Assembly: GCA_000004985.1 (NCBI GenBank)
Contig: GG738874.1
Strand: one strand, 5' to 3'
Source: Naegleria gruberi
Taxonomy: Eukaryota
DNA: 64,000 nt
The notes beneath the pieces were generated by a model. The model was not told the origin of the DNA and did no database searches. It saw only the letters and a list, made by a program, of their open reading frames with translations. Positions 45,345 to 57,236 of the stretch are shown here, one piece after another (position 1 is the stretch's first letter; each line of letters opens with the position of its first letter). A program made the position numbers and the translations under genes.

Positions 45345-47232
45345 ATGATAGAGAGAACGAGAAGAAATAATTATTTGGCTGTTGGACTTACTGTGGTAGT
45401 ACTGTTGCTGACGTGCTTTGAGCAGCAAGTAAAAGCACAAACATTATCGGCAGCAGATGTAGATATTGGTTGGACATTGTTGAACGGAGCCTTGGTTATG
45501 TGTAAGTTTTGCTCATCCACACATTGATTGTTGACACATTTATTGTGGCCATTATTGAATTCTCGGTGATTGTTCTTGTAACATTTTAAATCATTTGATG
45601 AAATCAAATCCTAAATAATTAATTAATTTGGACTTGAATAGTTATGCAAGCAGGGTGAGTGATATAATTTAATCCATTATTTCTAATTTGAGCTGTTATA
45701 AAGATTTGCATTTCTTGAAGCTGGTGGTGTTCGTTCTAAAAACGTTGCCAACATCTTATTGAAGATTGTCATGTCTGTTGCCATTTCAACAATGGCTTGG
45801 TTCTGTATTGGTTATGGAATTGCTTTTGGAGATAATGCAATGAGTGAAACTAGAAATGGATTCTTTGGCGTTTCGTCCTTCTTTTTATTGGGAGCTAATG
45901 AATCTCATCATATTTTCTTCTTTCAATGGAGTTTTGCTGCTGTTGCCAGTTCAAGTAAGTTTAGGCTTTTTGAATAATTTTTGACCTATTCGAATAGTTG
46001 TGAGTGGTGCCGTCGCTGAAAGAATGAATTTATCTGCATTCTTCATGTGTTCATTCTTAATGACTGCCTTTATCTATTCTCCAGTTGCTCACTGGATTTG
46101 GTCTACAACTGGTTGGTTATCAGGATTCAATAAGACTTTATTCAGAATTGGTACTGTCGGTGTCACTGATTATGCTGGTGGTGTAGTTGTTCACGTAAGT
46201 ATTTCGATATTCCATGAACATTCCAACATAATTGTGTAAATAGTTGACTGGCGGAATTTGTGGCCTTGTTGGAGCCATTATGGTTGGTCCAAGAATTGGA
46301 AGATTCGTCAATGGAAAAGCTGTCAAGATTGAAGGACACAACAAGACTCTTGTCTTGCTAGGAAGTTTCATTTTGTGGTTTGGTTGGGTAAGTATTATTT
46401 CAATAACTTGTAAATTCTAATTATGGAATAGTATGGTTTCAATGGTGGTTCAACTACTGCATTGAGTGGTGGCTTGTCCAAGATTACAAGTTACGCCAAT
46501 ACTAACACAACCATTGCTGGTGCTGCAGGTGCTCTCATGTGTATGTTTTGGTCTTGTCTTCAAAGTGGACAATATGACCTTACTGAAAGTTTGAACGGTT
46601 GTTTGGCAGGTTGTGTCTCAATTACACCAATTTGTGCCTTTGTTGAGCCATGGGCTGCTGTTCTGGTTGGTGCCACAGGTGCTATGGTTTATATTGGAGG
46701 TACTTTATTATTGGAATATTTACATATTGATGACCCTGTAAGTGCTGTTCCTGTTCATGCATTCTGTGGTGGATGGGGATTGTTCTTGGGAGGTTTCTTT
46801 GCCACAAAGGATTTGTAAGTACTTGTTCTCAAATATTAATACTGACCTAATGTTTCTCAAAATAGACTCATACTCTTCTATGGATTGGACAGTACCGATT
46901 TTGTGACCTATGGTGTCTTGTACAGTTTGAATTGGGAAATTTTGGGTGTTAACATGCTCGGTATTGCAGTTACCACCATTTGGGTTGCATTCTCTTCAGT
47001 AATCATGTTCTTCTTCATTGACATTACCATTGGTCTGAGAGTTCCTCCACAAGATGAATTAGTTGGCTTGGATCACAAGTATGGTGGTGTTGCCTACAAT
47101 AACGAAGATGTTCACCACTATGGTTTCTCAAACAGTGCCTCAGAGAGTACACTCGCTAACTCTGCCTATAAATCAGCCAGAAGTGCTGGTAGTAAAAGAT
47201 CTCACAGAAGAAAATCAGTTGCTAAACCATAA
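45345..47232 (+). CDS. amt: Ammonium transporter (Amt/MEP family), paralogue 3; same exon plan, with the micro-exon at 45642-45654
   Basis: Same motifs and intron positions. The micro-exon reads ttatgcaagcagg, which differs from the other two copies only by synonymous changes. Confidence 0.85.
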
Positions 47233-47901
47233 TTGTCATTGTGACAATACGAAACAATTCGATTTATCTGATTATGTATTATAAACTAATCATTCTTAAT
47301 ACTCAATATCGATTAATAGTCAATTACCATATGCAATTTTACAACAATACTTTACAATATCAATATGAAACTCTTTACTAGTAACTTAATCTTTTTGGAT
47401 TGACCTCATGGTCAGCACAAACTCCATAAACAATTTCAACAAATTATTGATCGCATAACATTGATTTCAACTCTTGATTATTTAAATTGTCAACTCTCCA
47501 TATTTTTTAGGAACTTTCTTAACCAATTGCTTTCAATAATCATCTTCCTCAATCGGACGAAAGTCAGAAAAAGAGTTTTACAAAAAATGAGCATTTTCAC
47601 CCAGAGCGAAGATGGCTATTATTATCAATCTCTTTATTTTGTATTGAGTTTCGAGTATTTAATCTGAAACAGTTTTTCAAAGTAAAGAAGAAAAAAAACG
47701 AAACTCTGGTGAAACTATTTTGTGGATTAGTGACCATCATTCTTTTGAGTACTATTAACGCAGTAATTGAACAATAACTTTCTAATACCTCTCCGAAACA
47801 CCGTTCATTTTAAAAGGAACATTGTTAACGAACTCATTTTTCAAACAATTAGAACATTAAGTTAAGAATCTAGACGAAACTATCAAAAAAAAGGAGAAAC
47901 A

Positions 47902-49199
47902 ATGCCCAATAATCAGCAGTTTAGAGCAATTCCTTCATCTTCATCACGAGCACTCGACATTTCTTCATCTACAGATCAAATACTTAACGGAGATTCGAAT
48001 AACAAGTTTCCAACAAGAGATTGTACCTCCTCAAACAGTACATCCACAACAACTGAAGATTATTCAGGGGAAGATGGTGCTGACTATCAATATGAAGATG
48101 GAGCTCTTCAAGAAGAAACAGAAGAAACTAATGGAGACGAAACTTATTCTAATCTTGATTTGAATACTGTCAAGTTATTTGTTGGACAAATTCCATACTC
48201 TTATGGTGAAGATAATTTATATCCATTATTTTCACAATTTGGTCCAGTTGCTGAAATTGTTGTGATTAGAGACAGATTTACATTCAAGTCAAGAGGATGT
48301 GCTTTCGTCTCATTTCGTAGTAAGCAAGATGCGGACACATGCATTAGAGAACTCAATCAAAGATTGAAACTGCCACCTGTAAGTATATTTGATATGTGAT
48401 AATTTTAACTTATTCGAATGGTTTCAATTGAACACCTTTTTTATTCGAAACTTAGTTAAATACCCCTCTCAGAGTTAAATATGCCTACACTGAGCAACAA
48501 TTAGATATTGTTAATGATAATTTTGTAAATAATGCTCCAAATCTAACTACTTCATCCTCGCCTAATGATTCCAATAGTGAAAAATCTCAAGATTTGACAA
48601 TTGCCTCAAATTTCCTCTCCTGTCTCAATATAGATAAGTATGAAATTGGCGTGCCTCATCCAGAAAACAAGCTCTTTATCAGAAATATTCCAAAGAATGT
48701 TACTGAAGATGAGCTCTCAACTCTATTCGAAAGTTTTGGCGAAATTCTTGACGTTGTCGTATTGAGAACGACCATTCATACTTCAAAGGGATGTGGTTTT
48801 ATCAAATTTACCAATTCAGAATCAGCTGATATGGTCATTAACACCTTCAAGAGAGAAATCATTTCACCAATTCAAGAATATCAACAAGGAGCTCAACAAG
48901 AAGGAACAACTATTGGTGGACCTTCTAATCAAAGATTGGTCGAGTTGACTAACAAGCTCCTAGAGAGTAGTTTCCTTATGAAGGGAGCTATCACTCCTCT
49001 ATTGGTTAGATATGCTGATAAGGATTATGTACCAAGTCAATCAACACAAGATGAACATGTCTATAATTCAACAACTACTGGTGGTCATGATTATCACTCT
49101 ACAAATGGAAATCATGGAGGTCATTACAATCCAAGAAGAAGGAAATCTTATCCATTGTCTTATCATAATAATAATAATAATAGAAGAGGATCCTATCAT
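47902..49199 (+). CDS. CELF/Bruno-like RNA-binding protein with two RRMs. Exon 1 is 47902-48378, the intron is 48379-48455, and exon 2 runs from 48456. The 3' end is lost in the assembly gap.
   Basis: RRM1 is LFVGQIPYSYGEDNLYPLFSQFGPVAEIVVIRDRFTFKSRGCAFVSF. RRM2 is KLFIRNIPKNVTEDELSTLFESFGEILDVVVLRTTIHTSKGCGFIKF. The in-frame join is ...LKLPP|LNTPLRVKYA... Confidence 0.6.
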
Positions 49200-49991
49200 N
49201 NNNNNNNNNNNNNNNNNNNNNNNNNNNNNNNNNNNNNNNNNNNNNNNNNNNNNNNNNNNNNNNNNNNNNNNNNNNNNNNNNNNNNNNNNNNNNNNNNNNN
49301 NNNNNNNNNNNNNNNNNNNNNNNNNNNNNNNNNNNNNNNNNNNNNNNNNNNNNNNNNNNNNNNNNNNNNNNNNNNNNNNNNNNNNNNNNNNNNNNNNNNN
49401 NNNNNNNNNNNNNNNNNNNNNNNNNNNNNNNNNNNNNNNNNNNNNNNNNNNNNNNNNNNNNNNNNNNNNNNNNNNNNNNNNNNNNNNNNNNNNNNNNNNN
49501 NNNNNNNNNNNNNNNNNNNNNNNNNNNNNNNNNNNNNNNNNNNNNNNNNNNNNNNNNNNNNNNNNNNNNNNNNNNNNNNNNNNNNNNNNNNNNNNNNNNN
49601 NNNNNNNNNNNNNNNNNNNNNNNNNNNNNNNNNNNNNNNNNNNNNNNNNNNNNNNNNNNNNNNNNNNNNNNNNNNNNNNNNNNNNNNNNNNNNNNNNNNN
49701 NNNNNNNNNNNNNNNNNNNNNNNNNNNNNNNNNNNNNNNNNNNNNNNNNNNNNNNNNNNNNNNNNNNNNNNNNNNNNNNNNNNNNNNNNNNNNNNNNNNN
49801 NNNNNNNNNNNNNNNNNNNNNNNNNNNNNNNNNNNNNNNNNNNNNNNNNNNNNNNNNNNNNNNNNNNNNNNNNNNNNNNNNNNNNNNNNNNNNNNNNNNN
49901 NNNNNNNNNNNNNNNNNNNNNNNNNNNNNNNNNNNNNNNNNNNNNNNNNNNNNNNNNNNNNNNNNNNNNNNNNNNNNNNNNNNNNNNNNNN
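49200..49991. other. Assembly gap (792 N)
   Basis: A literal run of n. Two convergent genes both run into it. Confidence 0.95.
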
Positions 49992-50464
49992 ATTTCATTT
50001 TCCGATTTCTTCTTGTATACCTTTGATGGAAGACCAATGACAGTTTCCTTTTCCTTATTCCACACTCTGAATTTGCTAAATACTTCTGGATTGCACAAAT
50101 CAGGCATTTGAAGCCCAATTCCTGATGTATATAATGCTCGCAGTGATTCCTTTTGCAATCTCAAGTTTGGTGTAAGTTTTGGATGTTTTTTATCAAATTC
50201 TTTATCGGAATGTTCCAAATATTTATCAATCAATTCAATCATTTCCTCCTCAGTACAACAAGTTTTCTTTACTCTAATATCTGCACCGAAAATTTGTTCG
50301 TGAATATAAAGATATCTCTTGAATGTTGGCACAACTTTAGTATCTCTGATTTGTTTTTGTTCCTTCTTTTTAAAGTCGTGAATACCCTGCTTCTTCATAT
50401 CGATAGCCTTTCGGGATTTTGGATGAACTGGTTTGGTGGTTGTGGCGTTTGCTCCTTTGGTCAT
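49992..50464 (-). CDS. tma16: TMA16 (translation-machinery-associated protein 16) homologue. The C-terminus is lost in the gap.
   Basis: MTKGANATTTKPVHPKSRKAIDMKKQGIHDFKKKEQK matches the TMA16 N-terminus HPYSRKAAQI..HKQEKKEK. EEMIELIDKYLEH matches TMA16 ACELIERYLNR. GLQMPDLCNPEVFSKFRVWN matches TMA16 [20 protein letters not shown]. The ATG is at 50464. Confidence 0.55.
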
Positions 50465-50728
50465 TTTTTTTTTGAACTTCAAATAAAAAAATTTTCTTGT
50501 ATTTTTGATGATGAATTGTTATGCAAGCAAGAATTGCCTTCGGATTCGAGATGCTTTTCAATTTAGAGATGAATTTCTTTAATATTGGAGAGATGGATTG
50601 TTGTTGGAGGTGAGTGGAAGAGAAAATTATGCACTTGTCAATTTAATTTTGTTGTAAGAGGTTCAACAATGGAGAGAGTTAATAGCACTGTGTCGAGACA
50701 TTTTGTGATCAAAAAAGCTTTAAAAAAA
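50465..50728. promoter_or_regulatory. Divergent intergenic region between tma16 (- strand) and the Ubc7-like gene (+ strand); a putative bidirectional promoter
   Basis: About 260 bp with a T10 tract, lying between two start codons that face away from each other. Confidence 0.3.
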
Positions 50729-51405
50729 ATGTCAGGACAATCTGCTCTCCGTCTCGCAAAGGAATTGAAAGAATTGCAAAAGAATCCAGTCGAAGGTTTC
50801 AGTGCTGGTTTGAAAGAGGACTCAAATATGTATGAATGGGATATTTTAATTGGTAGGTGTTGTTTGGAGTAGAATTATTAGAATTTTTTCATCATTGTTA
50901 TTTGAATTTATTTAATATTATTAATTGTTGCGATTGATGATTTTATTATTTTACATAATAATAATACAATAACAACATCAGTCGGACCACCTGAAACACT
51001 CTATGAAGGAGGAATGGTAAGCTTCAAGATCTTTGTATATTTATTTAAATGTTTCTTTATAGTTCCGTGCTATTATGACCTTCCCAGAAGACTATCCAAA
51101 CAGTCCACCAAAGTTGCAATTCACTACTCCAATTTGGCATCCAAACATTTATTCAGATGGTAAAGTTTGTATTTCTATTCTCCATCCACCAGGTGAAGAC
51201 GTACGGATACGAAAAGGCCAGTGAACGTTGGTTGCCAATTCACTCTGTTGAATCTATTTTAATTTCAGTTATTTCCATGTTGTCTGTTCCAAATGATGAA
51301 TCACCTGCCAATTTGGATGCTGCTAAACAATGGAGAGAAGACAAGGAAGGATACAAGAAGAAAGTCAAGAGACTTGTTAATGACTCTATTGAAAACTTTT
51401 ATTAA
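50729..51405 (+). CDS. ubc7: Ubc7/UBE2G-type ubiquitin-conjugating enzyme E2 in 3 exons (50729-50852, 50983-51016, 51063-51405), with an apparent frameshift near 51201
   Basis: [41 protein letters not shown] | (V)[11 protein letters not shown] | [46 protein letters not shown] then a frame change then [47 protein letters not shown]... The HPN motif and the catalytic Cys are present. Confidence 0.7.
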
Positions 51406-53504
51406 GGGATATTATTGGCTCTCTAATGTCAGAAATGAACATATTTCGGGCTCGGGAGCATGAGTAATGCAAATGTCTGACTCAATAGCAAGTGCTGCAA
51501 TTGAGCTTGTAACACCACCTAAATTATAATTAATGTAAAAAAACAATTTCACACCATTAAAAACTTACATGCCCAAAAACATAGGAATCTCATCTTTATG
51601 TACTGTAGCTGAGTCTCCAAAGTCAACCTTACTCAAATCTCTTTAGGATCCGCAATGAATTGGTCCTCAGTGAGTTGTTGTGAATTGATCATTTGTCTGG
51701 AATTGATTGATTCAAATATTTCAAGTTTGGTTGTATCTTTCCAAGTTGTCGGCTGTTCCTGAAATTACTAATTTCTGTAGTTTGAAACGTCCTTGTTTGA
51801 GAGGACTCCAATACTGGACATGGCTAATGATTTAGCTTACAAAATTCTTCAAATTCTGTTACATACTGCAGGCAGAATGACTAAATCTTTACAAAATTAA
51901 AACTGCCCACAGCTCGGTTTTTACGCTGGTGTTTTTTCAATGTTGTTGGTGCATGAGAATCTGTGTGAAGAAGATTCAAGAATCCGTCAACCAGTGCGAT
52001 GACAGGTGCGAATGAAATTTGGCCTTTGAAACTTGGGGAAATAACTCGAAAATTAGTCCACAACATCAAAATCCAAAACATAGTAGTACTAACATACAAA
52101 AACCACCTCTTTAGGATGGTTTCATGTAGGTTTTGGAGAATATGAATTGGTGTTAGAATTACAGTACTTTAACCTATGGGTTAGAGTTGGCTTTCAACCA
52201 ACACTAATGTATGACAAATAAAAATTTAGCTTGTTGTTTGTAAAAATTCTTGTTTTATTTTTGTGGGTTGGAAGCAAGCTGGAAAGTGGGAAATAAATTT
52301 TTTCCTCAACTGATGGGTAAATGTTGAATCTAGTGAACGTAAACCACACAAGCAAACAAACCAGCTAGAAATTGCTAGCTGTGGGTTACCTTTAATTTTG
52401 TAAAGAAATTGGCCTGAATAAAGCCTTTAATCATTACAAAATAAATAATAAAATTCTCAATAAAATTCATATCCTGATGATACAATGCTCAAACTGTCCA
52501 TTCCGAATCAATCGACGAAATTGATAATAGGAGAATATCTTTTGCATTTTTTTTGTAAATTAAAATTGATTCGGCCAATCAAATTGAATTCACATCTACA
52601 GTAACAAGTTCATCAAAATGTTTGCAATTTTCCTTAATATGCCAAATTTCTGAAAAATAAAACTGTAATTGATAAATGTTACAAGTAACTTGAGAAACTC
52701 AAAGACTGTTCTTTCACTACCATTTTCGAATACAAGACAAGCATTTCTGGAAACCGTCTTACTGCTCATTACTGCCAATAATTCCTTCGTTCACAAATTT
52801 TCTAAAGTATCAACTTGCATTTCTTGTCGCATTCACAACTTACCTAAATAATTTATAATTACACGCCATCTTCAATAACTTTCGAATATTGTCATTAGCA
52901 ACACCCTATTTAGCAAGAAAGTTTTTATACAACCAGATATTCATGTTGGTACCCACTACCTCTAAATATTCATTTGTTGATGATAATTTGAGCATACCCG
53001 GGTACAAAGCAAAATCCCTTAAACCTCATCTTCACACAAACAATGAAGAGTATTGAGCACTTGCCTGATGAATCATTTCTCTAACAAAGCATTCCCGCTA
53101 TCAATTCTGACAATTGGTTAATAAAATTGTGCATCAGTCCAAAAAGAATTTCACGCCGGTATCTAATTTGAAACCGCTTACCATTTCCATGTTCATGCTT
53201 TCCTTTTCCATGTCGCAACATTTCTTCAATTTTCCCAAATCAACTTTTCCCTCCAAAACTGAATGGAAAAGAAAAAGTAAATTCATGTCGTGAAATTTAT
53301 TGTTTGAGGTACGTGAAGAAGAATCTTAAGCTTCTGTCTGTATTTGACTTTTATAATTGTTTTTGTTGAGGTGCATGAAGCAACTGTTTCATCATCTGCA
53401 ACGAAATCTTATTGTGAAAAAAACAACTCAAAATCCCCCTCTATTTCAAACACTACTCATTGCGAGTTTTGAAATTCAAATTTACCTCAACATACAACTA
53501 CAGA

Positions 53505-54503
53505 ATGACCCTATTAGATTCCGCCAATTTATTCTCCTCCTTTTCCATTCATACATTCAATACCACTGCCGCCAATGATTCCTCATCTGCTGCCTACTCA
53601 CCAACTCCCGCCAATTCTCGTGCTTGTTTAGCTTGTCGAATGGCCCATAAATCATGTGATAGAGCCAAACCTGCATGTTCGAGATGTATTTCGAGAGGCA
53701 TTGCTCATCTGTGCTGTGAACCATCGACTAAGAAGAGAGGACGACCAAGAAAATGGAAAGATTCTGAAAAACAAGACTCACCTCAAGAACAATATGAAGA
53801 AGAAATTAATTTCAATGCTAATAGTTCACCTCAACCTTCAAATAATGAATCATCATTGAGTCATAGTGAATCTGGAGTTTCGTCTCCAAGTGAGTTGAGT
53901 GCTCAATTGGGAGGTAATTCATCTCCACTCGTTTATAATGTTATTCCATCAAGTACATGCAAGTCACCTGTCGAAGAAGCCTTACTGACAGAAACTTTGA
54001 AAAAGACACAATCTAAAAAACTCAAGTTTATCAAGATTATGAACTATAACCCAAATCATAGAGAAACTTTCTCACCAAGATTTACAATTACTTCCTCAGA
54101 AAAGAAACATACTCTTTCCACACCTCAAGATAATCAACCTTCTCAAAAGAAGAGAAAGACCAAGTCAACTAATCCAATTCTTTCCTCTACTAACTACCAA
54201 ACCTCAACTGTCAGCCAACCAAGTCAACCACTTGTTGAAATTAATGTGAAATCTGTTCAATCCTCTCCTGTAACATCACCAAGTTCAGTTCCTACCCAAT
54301 TTTCTCCAATTCCTTCACCAACAGTTATATATTCGCAAACACCTTTCACTCAACCAACATTTATCCCAAACAATTCTCAATTTTACTATCCTACTGCCAT
54401 TTCTACTAACCAACCTCGTCATTGTGATGAGGGGCGAATTGTCAACAACAATCAAGTGAAATTACCTTCAATTTATAGCTTGCTTTCATCGCTCCAAGAA
54501 TAA
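53505..54503 (+). CDS. Zn(II)2Cys6 binuclear-cluster (GAL4-type) transcription factor
   Basis: ACLACRMAHKSCDRAKPACSRCISRGIAHLC fits C-x2-C-x6-C-x6-C-x2-C-x8-C. A basic linker (KKRGRPRKWK) follows, then a long S/T/P/Q-rich tail. The ORF-track start at 53460 is a TTG; the first ATG is at 53505. Confidence 0.6.
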   Translation: MTLLDSANLFSSFSIHTFNTTAANDSSSAAYSPTPANSRACLACRMAHKSCDRAKPACSRCISRGIAHLCCEPSTKKRGRPRKWKDSEKQDSPQEQYEEEINFNANSSPQPSNNESSLSHSESGVSSPSELSAQLGGNSSPLVYNVIPSSTCKSPVEEALLTETLKKTQSKKLKFIKIMNYNPNHRETFSPRFTITSSEKKHTLSTPQDNQPSQKKRKTKSTNPILSSTNYQTSTVSQPSQPLVEINVKSVQSSPVTSPSSVPTQFSPIPSPTVIYSQTPFTQPTFIPNNSQFYYPTAISTNQPRHCDEGRIVNNNQVKLPSIYSLLSSLQE

Positions 54504-54658
54504 ACCATGGTTTTTTTCTCAACTTATTTTACAACTTTATTTTCATTATAACATAGACAACTGTAGTTGTTTATTGTTGTGAGATTTGGATTCTCCATTG
54601 TTCATGATCATCATGAGATCTTCTTTATCTATCTTCCTTGTTAAAAACAATTCTAAGG

Positions 54659-56674
54659 TCACTTCTTTGGTATTCCCAAAACCCTTCCTAGCTTCTTGTA
54701 GAAATCTTTGAAATGATCCAAACTGAAAAGAACATAGGTAGCCATCCAAATAACAATTCCAATAACGTAAGATCCAATTCTATGCTTCCAACAAACAGAC
54801 CACATTGATTCCCAATCCACAGAAAATGTAATAAATCCAATCTCAGTCACTGCTTCGTAAATCAAATAAATCATTGCAAATGAAATAACTAAGAGATATT
54901 GGGAGAATTTGAATTGAAGAAAGAAAACATTTTTCTTCTTTTTCAACATGATATAAATCTTGATGGAATAGCTCAATATAATGGCCCAAGAAATTGCAAA
55001 AAACAAAAGGGAGAACCCAATAATTAACACTCTAATGATGCCCCCAGTTACTCTATTAAAGAAAGCAGCTATTACACAGGCCAGGATGAAGATTATTAAA
55101 ATTATGGACACAGCAGAAGCAATTATTCTTCAATAAAGTTAATGCAATAACTCCCAATAACACTTACAATCCATGAATAGAAACTTTCTTATTATTTCCA
55201 GAAAGTTTGAGCAAAACTTCAACAAACAATCCAGCCAGTGGGATATTTGCAACACACAAGAATGCTACTGAGGCAACAATAAGAGTTGGTGTGGGATAAA
55301 CAGCACCTCCTTTTGATTCGGCTGTGTGTTGGATTGCTGAGCCAAGTAAGCAAAGAATTGAGAATTCTAAACTGATACCTGCCAACAATTTCAAATCACA
55401 AATAACTCTCACCAATTCATGGCTCAATTGTTCTTTCATTGAGTTACGATTTGATTCTTTCTTATTACTTCTATTACTGGTGCACAGTTGAGACTGGGTA
55501 TTATCTATTACTACATCTATTTTGACTTGGTTGGGATTTGTATTTTGCTCATTATTGGAAATAGTATTCTTTTCCTTCTCAGATGGTTCTTGTTGTCGTG
55601 GAGTTTTCATCCCCTTTTCAATCGTGTTTAAGGTTCCTCGTGATTTCATGTGATCTTTCCATTTGATTCCTGATCGAAAAATTATTGGAAACAAGCACAA
55701 GATTGGTAAGGTGATAGATTGAATAAAATAGAAAACTATTTCAATGACTTTCAAGGACAAATGGTTTGCTGCTGGAACCCAGAATAATTCCATTGATCCA
55801 GCACATTTATCGCCCATCATTGAACGAAATGTAATCGAATCATTGCTGGAAGTACTATAATCACTACAAAGGCAAAGAAGAGTTCTGTTGTAAAATGTCA
55901 ATTCTGTCTTTCCACAAAATTGAACAATATTCATTCCAAATAAAACGTCCAAGGTTTGTACTCGTTCATATTTTGAGAATTGAGCCATGAAAGGAAGAGA
56001 AACACTCCTAAACTCATAAAAATGTGGATTATTCTCTTTGCAAAACAAAAAGTAATTGAAATAATTAATCCACATATCAAGTGTTATCTTGACATCTTCC
56101 ATTGAAATTTCAACATCAAATCCTGTGTAGTAATATCTCATTGGGTTTGTGTAATTCTTCTCCACCAATAATCCATCCAAATAGGTTGTCAAATATTTCC
56201 TCACCAAAGTTTCATTGCTAAATAATTTAAAACTATTGATTGCCTGCTCATAAAATACAGAATTGCCATTAGTATAATTGCAAAACAGCTTGTCATTGTT
56301 AAATTCCAATAGTCCAGTATATTTGTTAAATGACATAATAACGCCTAAACACATGAGCATTCAATTGAACGGAAATATCTCATACCTTGTATTCTATTGT
56401 AATCCTTATAGAACATGTTTGGCATTGATTCACACCAATAAAAGTCTGGATTCGAAATGACATCTTGAGTGTAATTGAAAGAAGAGATACCATCTGTTGT
56501 TGCGGGTAGTACAGTAAGCATCCTAGTGTGGAGTGGGCAGTTTTGAATTGATACAGTCAAAGCTGTAACCGAAACAAAGCTCATCTCCATTACTATTATC
56601 ATGATGCCAAACAACATGATTGTTATGTTGTTATCATAGCTCTTTAACAAACTGTTGATGCTTGCAGTTGCCAT
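54659..56674 (-). CDS. Membrane protein with a large N-terminal luminal domain followed by about 7 transmembrane helices (GPR107 / lung-7TM-receptor-like topology), in 3 exons
   Basis: Exons are about 56674-56371, 56329-55173 and 55133-54659. The junctions YNRIQ|G... and ...SIHG(L)|IIASAV... restore the reading frame. There is a signal or transmembrane segment at the N-terminus, an N-glycosylation-rich luminal domain, and 7 hydrophobic helices in the C-terminal half. Confidence 0.45.
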
Positions 56675-57236
56675 CTTTTTTTAAAATGTTTGAGAATAAC
56701 CTGAATGTCATGATGGAAAACCGATGACATTTCTGATGCAGTATCAATTCATAGATGATATTAATTAGATATTATTTCCTTTTCAAAGCAACAACACTTC
56801 GATTGTAATCACTCGTTTAGACAAGGTGAATCTGGACCATTCGGGTTCGAATACAATTTGTGTAAACGTTACTCGATGAGTGTGTATTCAATTAAACACA
56901 AATCATCTTTCGATAATTGATTTGCTTAGTGTCGTTGAATTTTTCAAAAGAAAGGCTGTAGATAACGTTTGTTGTTTTTTTAGTAAATTTTGGCGCCAAC
57001 TTTTTGGCTAAAGCTATCTCAGTCAATGAACAAGGAACTTGATGGTCAAAATTATTGGTCAAATGAAAGACCAATCTTTCAACATTCAAATTTCAATACT
57101 AAACTGTAAATGGTTCCAATTTCATTGAAGCAGTTTGTGAGGTAACTTGAAGATTCTTTACAAAGTATTGATTTTCAATTGAAAAACACTTTAAAAAAAA
57201 TACCTCAACTGCGACAAGCCAAATTCTATCACCAAC

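Noticed and set aside
49012-50118. Long ORFs made of X residues on both strands
   Set aside because: They span the 792-N assembly gap. The ORF finder translated the n run.
52363-52380. A small perfect hairpin AGCTAG-AAATTG-CTAGCT in the ORF-poor interval
   Set aside because: A 6-bp stem is expected by chance in 64 kb of AT-rich DNA. There is no supporting context.
56836-56862. A GGGTTCGAATAC string resembling a tRNA T-loop
   Set aside because: The flanking sequence cannot form T-stem or acceptor pairing on either strand.
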